From assembly GCA_040954595.2 (NCBI GenBank), contig CM082578.2, forward strand, positions 3,082,831 through 3,146,830: a stretch of 64,000 nt of DNA, written 5' to 3'. Origin of the DNA: Balanoglossus misakiensis. Lineage: Eukaryota; Animalia; Hemichordata. Both the position numbers and the translations under genes were made by a program. The first letter of the stretch is position 1. Each line of letters starts with the position of its first letter. A model generated the notes under the pieces. That model was not told the DNA's origin. It worked only from the letters and a program-made list of their open reading frames with translations, and did no database searches. This document shows, piece after piece, positions 53,288 to 64,000 of this stretch.

Positions 53288-53844
53288 TTCCGGGTCAGTC
53301 CTTCCAGATCCCCCAGTTCAGTAACAGAAAACACCTGTATATATTAATGACGTCATGTGACGTAGGGCATGACGCTTTGTGACGTTTCAAGAAGGGTTGT
53401 TTTACGGAGAGCCACATTCTGGTACATTCAATTGGAAGAAAAACCTGAGTCAAATCAAATGAGATGGTGTCCCATTCACAAGTTGAGCCTCAAATGGAAT
53501 GCGGTGGACTCAAATTCAAACACGGTTTGTCTCAACTCAAAAGTATCGTCACTCAAATCAAATGCAGTGTACTCCAAGTCAAAAATGGTTTGTCCCAACT
53601 CAAATGAGGTCACGTCCGATTCAAATGCGTGTCAGCTCAAAACGAAAGTGGTCCTCGGTGATTCAAAAGTGTCAACCTTCAAAGCCAATGCTTGGGAGTC
53701 CGATTAAAATGAGTGTCAGCTCAAAAGGAACGTGATATCATCCGATTCAAAAGTGTCGACCTTCAAATCAAATGTGTTGCCTCAAAACGAATGCGTTTCA
53801 CTCAAAAAGTGAGGTGTTAATTTTGGCCCCGATTACGCGCCATA
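53288..53844 (-). repeat. Right terminal inverted repeat (557 bp)
   Basis: Reverse complement of 1945-2530. Confidence 0.95.
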
Positions 53845-54047
53845 TGACAGTCTTATCGACATATTCTATTTTGAATGTCAGGTTCATGTGACGTCGTCAC
53901 TGCATCGACGCATATTTTTTTATTTTTACGCATGCACAATGCATCCTGGGGTCGGTTTCGAAGAAACGTTGTCCACTTGCATGGCGAGACAGTTTATTCT
54001 CCCTGGAAAACTCATTTTTCAAATCTTACACAAGGCCATCACCATCA

Positions 54048-54329
54048 GGCCAAATAAAAATGTGTTGTTCCGATTACTCGACCTACTCTTGTTTTAGCCT
54101 GCCGGCCCCAAACTTTTTAGAGCTTTGTAAGCCGGAAGTAAAAATAACGATGTCAAAAATACAATAATTATGAAAATTGCGAGAATCACACAAGAACTAT
54201 GACGTCATTCTTCTACACTACGGCGACCAAAGATATAAAAAATTTGCAAAATAAAGAAATTCCCTACCTACCTATCTACCCTATTTTTGGAAACCATGTA
54301 ATCAGATTAGAACATGTTTTTATTTGGCC
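54048..54329. mobile_element. MITE, PIF/Harbinger- or Zator-type, 3-bp TSD TCA
   Basis: TCA|GGCCAAATAAAAA...TTTTTATTTGGCC|TCA. Confidence 0.75.
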
Positions 54330-54393
54330 TCAACCGCCATTAGATTCTCACCCTTATCTTTGTTTACACGGATTCCTCACACCATACCAATCA

Positions 54394-54445
54394 GGTAGCG
54401 TGGCCGAGTGGTCTAAGGCGCTGGTTTAAGGCACCACCGCTGCCA
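54394..54445 (+). pseudogene. tRNA-Leu(AAG) pseudogene lacking variable and T arms
   Basis: GGTAGCGTGGCCGAGTGGTCTAAGGCGCTGGTTTAAGGCACCA-CCGCTGCCA then T7; ~30-bp deletion between two CCA triplets removes the B box. Confidence 0.85.
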
Positions 54446-55901
54446 TTTTTTTCGATTTCTTTACAAACTAAACTTAGGTGGGAGAAATCACTTTCTTCGT
54501 CGGAAATGCGTGTTTATTTTAGGCCTTAACTAAGAAAAACTCTGTTGCAACATGATTTTTTGGGTGTTTGATGAAATAGTCAATCCGTTTCTGGAAAACT
54601 ACTCAGTTCTGTCACTAACGTAGGCCAAGATGTTGAAAATTGCACCATTGTAAATTCTGTGCAGAATTTCAGGGGTAACTAAGAAATTTTCGTTCAGAGA
54701 AAAAAACGGAAGTCTTGCCCCCATGCGGTAGTTCAGATAGTGCCGACCCCAAAACTATAGTGCACCCGTAAGATCTGGAATTCCAAACGTCGAACCGGAC
54801 GTTCAGAGTGGTTTTATTCAATTTCCACTATTACAGTAACGGCGCAAACAACATTGCCGAACACAGCAGAAAGACAGACGAGGTAAGTATTTTACAATGT
54901 TGTCTGCACTGAATGGATTTCACCTTGCCTTTGCTATAAAATATTGTTACCGTTTAATACCCCTAAAAAAGTAAAACAAGAGAAAGTTACTGTGCATACG
55001 AACTAGGGCGCGCGCAAAGAATGCTGGGACAATATTGGACGCAGGCGACAGAATGTCGAACCAGCTATTTTGTTTGATTTTGGCGTGAGAAGGAAACCTC
55101 GGCACGGGAAAGGACAGGTAATAATATGCTGCTTGAGGAACATTTTCAAACGGTGAAAGTTTGTGTGTAGTGAAATTTTGATTTGGATAGAATGAAAAAC
55201 ACGAACATCACCAAATTTTTATTTGACGTATATAATGATCCACGGTTTTTCTAGTAACCGTGTATAATCCTAGACCTTCGTACAGCCACTGTGGTGTGGT
55301 ACAGGTCTTTGTTTTCCCAGGAGTTACGGTCTCAACTTCGCCAATTTGCTCCACATAGCCTTGCAGGGCTGTGGTGGAGGCCATAACGTTACGCCACCAA
55401 TACACAGACCTGTGTGCAGGGCTAACGTATTTCCATGCTGTCTGTTTGCTATGTGGTTTGTTACCAATACCAGTTATTAAGTTAGTTACGGTCCGACATT
55501 CAAGCTTGTCAATCAGTCATTGTTCATAAAATAAACGAACCACGTAAGTGATGACTGTGCATCTTCAGGATTACAGTGTGTATGTAGGAGTGACTACGAA
55601 GTTACTACCTTATTGACCAAAGTAGTGACAGTGGAGGTGAAACTTCTGTACAAAAATGTGATGACTGACAATAAAGCTTAGCCTGAGAATCTAAAATGAT
55701 TTGCAGTTGCCAAATACTACAAGGTGAAACTTACAAGTTATTTGGAACACTGGTTCAGCACGTCTCTCCGGTGTGGTAATTTACAGCGAACAAAGAAACC
55801 GAGAATATAACTCTCTTGACTACAGGTTACTGGAAGGCCCCTTAGCAGAGGTATTCACCTCCACCTGCAACCCGTTTTCATTTTCTACTGTGTCAATACA
55901 G

Positions 55902-55940
55902 CCTCTGAAGAAGGTCGTCTGTGTACGTCGAAACGTTAGG
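55902..55940 (+). ncRNA. Minimal type I hammerhead ribozyme-like motif of a Penelope-like pseudo-LTR remnant
   Basis: CCT-CTGAAGA-AGGTCGT-CTGTGT-ACGTC-GAAACGTTA-GG followed by AATAAA; core CUGANGA/GAAA, palindromic stem III AACGTT; stem II has one mismatch. Confidence 0.5.
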
Positions 55941-58424
55941 AAGAATAAAAATATCGTTTGAAAAGTAGCAGATGGGTCTTGTCAAATACTTTTCACACCT
56001 CATAAAACATTGTCGAACGACTTTTCTTGGTTTGATACGTTTAACGGACTTCAATGTTGCCGCCAGAGACGGCCACAGAATATTATTCCATTGTTAATTC
56101 AGTCATGGGAAAATCTATTTGATTTATAGGGTGGATGGAGGTTTTGGGGTGGGGTGTTGGCAGATGGTGCTGAGGAAAACATTCTTCTACAATTTCTACA
56201 ATATTGCCCCAGTTATAGAAGCAGTTACATTTTTTTTATTTTCTCTAACATATCGTATTTGCTATACATTGCAAATGTAATTAAATGGCAAGCAATTTTA
56301 TTGCACCAATTTTATAATTGATTTGTATGACTGTTGACCAAATAGCGGACGATGCTTATCTTAAAATCGTACTATAGTTGCTTTGTAATTGTGAAACTAA
56401 CGATGTGTATCCCCATGGTCGCTATTTGCGCTTCACTGCGCGAAAGGTGCATAGAAAAAATTATGTATTCAGCGAATTTTGAATTAGGATGACTCCCACC
56501 TGCAGTTAGTGAACAAGTTTTGGGACTTTGGCTCTGTTGCTAATTTATGGCACCTTCGATTTTTTTTGCGCGCGCTACCCTGGGCAAACTGGTGAGAAAG
56601 GGTGCAATGGCAAGTACACATCTGGGAGCTGCTACATTTTAGCTAAGAAATAAATGTGTATGTAAGCTGAAATTCAGAATGCAAGTTACTCTTCGTATTA
56701 TTCTGCGAACACTTATCAAAATCCAATAACCCGACCACCATGGTGGAGCAGTAACGCTGGCTGGCATTTTATAACCCGTAACCTCTGCAAAGTGCGTTAA
56801 ACTTCTGATTCGTACAGTATAATTTCTGTTACTAAAACAGCAAAACATCAACTTTCGTTTGATAAATGGTGTAGATGATCACCCTCTGAGTTTTATTTCA
56901 GCATTCGATGTGAATCACTGCAGCTCCGATAAAATTAGTGGAAATAAATTGTTTTCTTTTTAATCCAGACCTTCAAATTTCGAATTGGAGAATTGGGAAT
57001 AGAACATTTCCAGCCTTTTTTGTCTCTTATTTCACGTACAGTTTATATTTATGCTCGATACATTAAGTTGATATGCCAAGTAGTCAGTCACCTTGTCACT
57101 ACAGTCAATATATGCATTACCAGCAATGTTATTGTTGGTAGTGAATTATAGTCCAAACGAAAATTCAATTATCAACAGTAACATGCCACTTTACAAGCCT
57201 TGGCACTTAGGCATGTTTTAGTGAGTAGAACAAAATACCGAAGTAGTTCATCAGAGCTAAAATAGTGTAATTATCATCAAAGGTTACATCTACTGCCGCT
57301 TGAAAGCAAAACGCATGCTCCATATTTTTCTTACAGAGTTTATCAACTGCTGTAGTCCAAGTATACATCACATTGCCGCAGTCACCAAGCAAATAGACCA
57401 AGATGTACTGTGGTGTGCCATGCTTTATCAAAGACAACCAAAACGGTTCTACTACATCCGGGTAAATGATATAAGGGTAAGTTGTCTGCAAAATTCATCA
57501 CACACCCTCCCGTATGTCTGAGGAGTTTTGCTGTTCGTAAAAATATTGCACGCAGAGTGATGATTGAAATAAAACAAAGAAGATATAAGTGTCTTATAGT
57601 GGTCTGAAAGGTGGAGATTGTCTCGTCTGTGGCTGCTGGTCGAGTGTCTCATACGAAAAAGTTTACATCAAGGCAAAGTAGGCAAAATGCGTCACTTCTC
57701 TTTTGTACATCGTGGCGAACAATTAGTATTTACTTTTTATGACATTTTAAAGTTATTTTTACAGAAAAGTTCTTGGTTGGCAGGATTATCATGAGTAGAA
57801 GTGGTGTCTTTATAAATAGAATATACATCGATATAACTGCATGATCTGGAATCAAAACCATTTCCTTGAAATGGAACATTTTTCGCAACTGAATCATTTC
57901 CAAAATGCACACAGCCTGCTGTGACCGTACATTGAACATCTCTGATATTGTCGCCTTCTTGTCATGCAGAAGAGACAGCAAATATGGGAGCAAGAACTTT
58001 ATAACCAGTTCCGGTATTGCGCACCTAAGGCATTCTGCCAAACGTTTGCAACTGATGTAAGTATTTAGTGAAATATTCTCAGACGGGTCTTGCCTTAGCG
58101 AAACAAATTGTAACATGGTACACAGTGAAACGAATTTGCAATGTCCCACTCTAACAAGTGGTACCTTACAGATTTCTTTTCTTTGGAAATCTATCAACTG
58201 ACGGAGATTAGATGATGCAATCAAAGTGTATATATTTCACTAACGATTCTGAATCCAACATACACTGCACATGATCACAAGGATCGGTATGTTTTTCATC
58301 GTTCGCTCAGGACTGCCATGCTGCGCTAAATTTTGCCAACGAGGTGGAGGCAGATAGTTTTAAAGAAGTGATCGTGGGAAAAATTCAGCGGAAAGAGAGG
58401 AGAAAAACACAGGTATAGATCAAT

Positions 58425-61400
58425 TAGTCAGGTGGAAATTTCAGAAAATGAGCATTTTAAAAGCATGTCAGGCAATTTTTGGTACAAGCTGGGAACAAGT
58501 TGTTTTTGGATATTTCGAATACGCTGATTTCGAATTTGCCTGTTCCCAAAAATTCTTTTCACGTTTTCATGTCGAAAATGGCAAATTAATTTGTGACGTC
58601 ATAATTTCAAAATACCTAAAAGAAAACGCTGTTTGTAGCCATTATGGTGCAATATCACAGGTCAACACCATAATAGTCTATTGAAATCATATTCTTATAT
58701 CATTTAAATATTTTTACACATTTTTTTTTTAATTTAGAAACATTTGGTGAATTGGTAAAAATGCTAATTTATGTTAATTAGGTGACACGCCCATCTAAAA
58801 TCAATGGTCTACAAAAGAGAGCCAACGGTGTTAAGTGAGGTGTCTATTCCAATGTTTTCAGGGTCAAGGAATTCAAATATGCAATCGTTTACCTTGTCAG
58901 ACAAGGTGCAGCATGGAAAATATGCAAAATTAGCTTAATTAGTCATGATGTCATACTAAAATTGACAACTGAAAGCTAATGATACAACTATGGCCTGTGA
59001 GGTGTCTATTCACATGCTTTTTGGCAAATGTTTGCATTTTAATGAATAACTGAAATGAAACTTTTCATATTTGTATGTAATAGCATGTAAAAAACAACAA
59101 AAACAAACAAATAAACATACACAACGAGGATTTAGTTTAGACTGTACATGCTCGTTGGTAACATCGTGACCGATCGCTCCGTTAAAAACACCAGAACATT
59201 GAACGTATGAACGTTTAGGTCCACAATTCACAAGTTATTGAACTATGAATGTATGTTCAATGTTGTGAAAAGCCAAAAACATACTTTTTGCCAACAAAAT
59301 TGGCATTTGTTAACGTAAAAGTTGTTCATTAATAGCGAAAGCATCGTATGGCCACACTCACATTATGCCAGTACCGTATATTCATGCTTAGTTATAAGAT
59401 GTTGAATGCACACTGATGGCCCGACGTCCTCGGTGTTTTTTTGAAACCCGGTCTCTAACAACAATTTATCTTCATAAGTAAAGAGTAATGTGTATTTTTA
59501 TTACGTTTTTATATATGATACTGTGTGCAAAGTGAAGATTGTGTCAGTGAGGCAACATATATACATGTATGTTTAATCCACTTGGGTGTCGTACTTGGCT
59601 CAGATGTGCGTTAATGTGTACTAAACAAATTCAGATAGCGAGCCACAATATCTGTTGATGAGTTTCCATGGCAACCATTTTTTCATTTTTTTCAAAATGG
59701 GCGCCAATACAGATAATCTCACCCACAAAATAACAATTATAAAACACCACAATAAATTCATATTACAATATTTGAAACAAGAAACTGCTCAAAGAGTAAT
59801 TTTCAAAATATATATCATCACTAAACTAGTTATAGGGGTAAATACAGGATCGAGATTCAGTCGCTAAAGAAATTCAAGTTTGGTAATAACCCCGGTTACA
59901 ACAAACTTAGTTAAAACACTGTATAACCATATATATATTATAATAGTGGCCTGGCATAAACACAATTTTCGTAACATTTGGGCATTTTGTGATAAAAGTT
60001 TAACAAGTAAAGCTCAGTTGATTCGTTATTTTCCCCATAAAAATATCTTTGATGAACAAAATTCCAAATTTAGTCAACCCAGGAAAAAACGGCATCTTGT
60101 TTCTCAACCTTATAAATTGATCTGACCAGTTTGAATCAGTGCAGAATCCAGCTTTTCTATTTTATCTTCATCAAATGATTCATGCAAATAAAGAATCACT
60201 TCCCCATAAAATGGTGGCAGAAAGCCAGTATCATGACAGTCGATTGGTTTGTTAAAGTTATTATAGAAACTAACTATGTCTAGGGTGCATGTACATAGAT
60301 AGATGTTAGGAATCAAAATCAAAATCTGTTTCAAACTTTTCATCCAATACTTGTCCTTCGGAAAGCGTTTTGATGAAGTCGCTTGAAGTGCTTTGTATTG
60401 CTCATGTTATCGATAATTTTAATCGCACCTTGATGATAGTCAGCAGTTCTATTTTGACATGTTATTTTGTGTATTTTTGAACCCCCAAAATCAAAGAATA
60501 AAATGATAAAGTGAAAATAAGCTTCAAAACACCAAAAGTCTTCAGAATCACAGCTTTTCTGTAAAGAGTAAGATTTCGCTTACTTCATGCTATTAAATGA
60601 AATGAAGTTTTCCGTAATATCTCTTGCAAAGTCAAATCTTTACACATTGAGATATTAGACTGGAAGTACATTCCAAGTGACTTGTTGGGAGCCTTGGGGC
60701 ACCTAATCCCAGAAAATTGCAATAAGACCTGTTTTTCCATTTACCAATCTAAAGGCCAACTGCTTGTATATTTAGTTGGGTTTCTATAATTAACACACAT
60801 TTTTGACAATATTTATGGCATGATGAACAATATTCTCGACAAATAAAATAATGTTGTGTCCTCCGGTGTAATTTTTATGAGTTTGGAATCATAGACACCA
60901 TTTATCTTTTGGTCAACTCTGTTAACAGTCGCCAAAATTGCTGGAGTGGAACTGATACATGATCTAAAGTATCAAGACATATGGTCGATTATTAACGTTT
61001 CAGAAATTCGATTTAAGTTTCTTTAATTTCCTATGGCATTTTGACAAACATCAACGCCCCGAAAAAGCGTTGTCAACGCTGCGGTGGCGATTGTGGTCGA
61101 AACAAAGTCGCGTGGTTCGTTACCCGGGGTCCATTTAGATTGCATTGCGTTTGAGGCCCTATGTCTGTCGACCAATAAACGTGACGACCGCGGACTCAGT
61201 TTGGATCAACGTCTATTTCGGGCAGTGGACTCTCCTATCAAGTGGATAAGGAAATTTTACCAGTCACGAGTAAGCCAAGCCCACATCGGTGTGCAATTCG
61301 AATATATCAGTGATCTGTTTATATGATTATCATTAGCTAAGGTGGTAAACTGTTGTGATTCATATGTGTAATTTACGTACTGCAAGTTAAATATCGCAAT

Positions 61401-62346
61401 TAGCCTAATGTTTGACCATAGACAGTATGGTTTGACTTCTAGAGGAGCACCTATTAATCCGAAAGGGATTAAAAGTTGTGCCTTTAAATTGTGATTTGAT
61501 AACTTACTTACCCCTATAAGTAGTTTAGTAACCATAATATCTTTGCAAATCATTCTTTCCACAGTTCCTTGTATCAAATATAGTAATCTAAATTTATTTT
61601 GGTGTTTACATATGTTATTTGGTGGGTGAAATTATCTGTATTGGTGGCCATTTTGAAAAAATTGGTTGCCATGAAAACTCATCAACAGATATTTAGTGGC
61701 TCCCTATCTGAATTTGTTTAGTACACATTAACACACATCTGAGCCAAGTTTGGTGCTTTTATCACAAAATGCACAATCGCTATTAAAATTAGGGTTTGGC
61801 CGCTCCACTACAGGGCTTTAGACGGCCATATTGAATTGCCACATCGGGGCTCTTATCTCAAAATGAACTTCACACTTGAAGTATTGTTTTGAACAAGGTT
61901 TAAGTCCTTTATTAAAATAAAGAAAAGGTAATGTTTTCCAATGCTTGTGAGTTTTCAGTACATGTACTGTTACACCTAGCTTTATTATTATTTGGTAGCC
62001 AAAAATCAACGAATTATTCATACAATATGCAAAGTTTTGCATAATTATTGTTTTATTGTTGCTATTTTGTGTTTATACAACCAAAAAAAGTTGTTGATGT
62101 AAACATGTAGTTTAGTTTCATTGTTTAAGGAGGTACGTGAACATTTCTTTGATGCTATTCATGTGAGAATTGCGATCCTTGGCGGCCATATTTGATTTGC
62201 CAAAACGAGGCCCTTATCTCAAAAAGATCTTTTGGGAACAGGCATTTTCGAAATCAGCGTAGTCGAATTGACCAAAAAACATATTTGGTTTGCTTGTGCC
62301 AAAAATGCCAGAGTGGGTCACAATTTCTCAAATCTCCACCTGCCTA
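58425..62346. mobile_element. Old Academ-like non-autonomous element with ~135-bp degenerate TIRs, 3-bp TSD AAT
   Basis: AAT|TAGTCAGGTGGAAATTT...TACGCTGATTTCGAA..TGCCTGTTCCCAAAA mirrored by TTTTGGGAACAGGCA..TTCGAAATCAGCGTA...AAATCTCCACCTGCCTA|AAT. Confidence 0.7.
59594..61810. mobile_element. Nested Academ-like element, left terminus truncated
   Basis: ~105-bp IR 59594-59700/61649-61750 (CTTGGCTCAGATGTG...GTACTAAACAAATTCAGATAG); right end ...CCGCTCCACTA. Confidence 0.6.
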
Positions 62347-62527
62347 AATTTACATGTATACATTTGGGGACATTAATTTACTGTTAGTTATACATAGCCC
62401 ATATTTTGTTTTTTGTTCAAACCTGCAAGCGATTTTGCTAGAATGACGAAAAGTGATGGTTTACTGGTATATTGAAATATGTAGAATAATAGAATCTCAC
62501 ACTCCCAAGGACCTGGGATCATATTTC

Positions 62528-64000
62528 TCACACAAGAACTACGCTGCTCGGGGGTTCACAACGAGATGTGCCTGTCGATATATGTGACATGGCATATTGC
62601 TGTTTGTCAGACAACTTGCTGTAGTTATTGACTGACTGCACGTTTCTATGCGTACTTTTCTGCATTATATGCGTTGGTGGCACGTTGTTGTCGTTCAGTT
62701 TCTGGAGCAAGTATTTCCTGGCACTTGTATTGGTGGTGCGTTTTCCGCGACCAGATAATACACTATGTTCGGCCATGCATGTTTTTCATTATTTGGGCAA
62801 TCGTATTCAGGCCCATTGCTTGACGCTTGAACCAAACTATATCAGACGGTTTGGAATTTGTCCTGATGGCTAAGTAGAATGGAGTGTCTGGGCCCATAAA
62901 ATCGCTTTGATGCGTACAACTTATAAAGAGAAACGGGGCATTTTTTTGTCATATTTGTGGCTTTACAGGGCGGACATCGCTCACATTTTCGCCAGTTCTA
63001 GTCTTAGTCTGGTGCTCAGTTGTCATTTGAATTAATTCTCTACCATCAGCATTCTCGTTTTAGTTTAACATCGCCCCAACATAACGACCCATGTTCTTTA
63101 ACTGCCCTCATTCCAAAATGCAACATATTGTGTATTTATGACCGAATGGGGTGTATGGCCGCCGAGTTGCCCATCAGCATACAGCTTATATCTACATCGT
63201 CATCAGTCAGAGTATCGGCTTTGAATGGTAGATTCCCCTTACCATGTTTTCGGAGGTTTTTCTGTTTCGCTTTCAATTTTTCTCGTGAAGAGAAAAAATC
63301 GATACTTGTCACCAACGATACTCCATATTTGGCCCAGCGGAGATGTCTTTCTAAACTACTAAACATCCCTTGTAAAGAGGATGGTTCGTAGTCAGAACCA
63401 TCCTCCTTCCGAACAACACAGAGAAAATTACAAACGAAGGGGTCGAGCTCGCTCGGCGGAATATCAGAAATTTCGCGATGTTCGCCAAGTTCGGTCAGGT
63501 ACTGTTGGAATAGCGTTACATGACATTTAGTCTTTCGTACCGTGTCACTATTCTGTTGATCGTCTACGAAATGGTCAATATCGGTGGACGACAATGCAGC
63601 AAATCCAGAATGTTTCCGGGTCGACGAACCGTCAGGTAATGGTACGGGCGGTGATGCATCTGGCTCGAACTCAGCGAAGAGCTTCACTGCTGAAACCTCA
63701 ACTTCAGCTCCAGACAAGACATCCATCAGGACAAACTGGCGATATGTTCCCAAGGGCCTAATTTCGTGGGATATCTGGAAAATACGGCCGTTTTTCGCGA
63801 GTCTGTCACCAACCACGTACACCATTATCCGAAGGTAACACAAATTGCACAAGTCGTCTGCACATGACCTGATCACATTGTAGTTCCGGTTCGCGTACAA
63901 CATTGTAGTTCTGGTTCGTGTACAACACGTTTGTATAATATTTGCTCGTTCTGAGGGGAACGAATATCGTTATCCAATCAGAGCTCGTGTCATATAACAG
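62528..64000 (-). mobile_element. Third CryptonA-like element, frameshifted YR pseudogene; 5' end at or beyond the window edge
   Basis: QNSDTVRKT, RKEDGSDYEPSSL, GKGNLPFKADTL, HFGMR, TNTSARK, STHRNVQSVNNY across frameshifted pieces. Confidence 0.82.

Larger units (their letters stand above)
1945..53844 (+). mobile_element. IS3EU-type DDE DNA transposon inflated to 51.9 kb by nested insertions
   Basis: TIRs 1945-2530 and 53288-53844; identical 7-bp flanks TGACAGT at 1938-1944 and 53845-53851; TAY..RTA termini; rve-type transposase next to left TIR; convergent second gene. Confidence 0.85.

Noticed and set aside
57207-58224. Cys-containing minus-strand ORFs, possibly a decayed transposase
   Set aside because: No motif I can assign; needs a translated profile search

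Overview
Eukaryotic, AT-rich, almost wholly transposon-derived DNA, most likely from an invertebrate metazoan; no host protein-coding gene is recognisable. Most of the window (1945-53844, 51.9 kb) is one DNA transposon bounded by ~560-590 bp terminal inverted repeats (TATGGCGCG...CGCGCCATA) and a 7-bp target-site duplication (TGACAGT), sitting ~40 bp upstream of a tRNA-Leu gene in a small tRNA cluster. It encodes a spliced IS3EU-type DDE transposase (+) and a convergent, multi-exon accessory gene (-) with C2HC (UBZ-like) and CUE/UBA-like modules. About 42 kb of its interior is nested insertions: two Crypton tyrosine-recombinase elements (a third lies outside at the window end), two RTE-X-like LINEs (one with a 2A-like motif), an L1/Tx1 LINE, Kolobok- and Academ-type non-autonomous elements, and a 19.6 kb block that looks like a tandem satellite but parses as 13 Helentron-type (HINE) elements inserted inside one another in last-in-first-out order. 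A Crypton terminal hairpin has mismatches that become stabilising G.A pairs on only one strand. All family assignments are from motif recognition by eye, not database searches.
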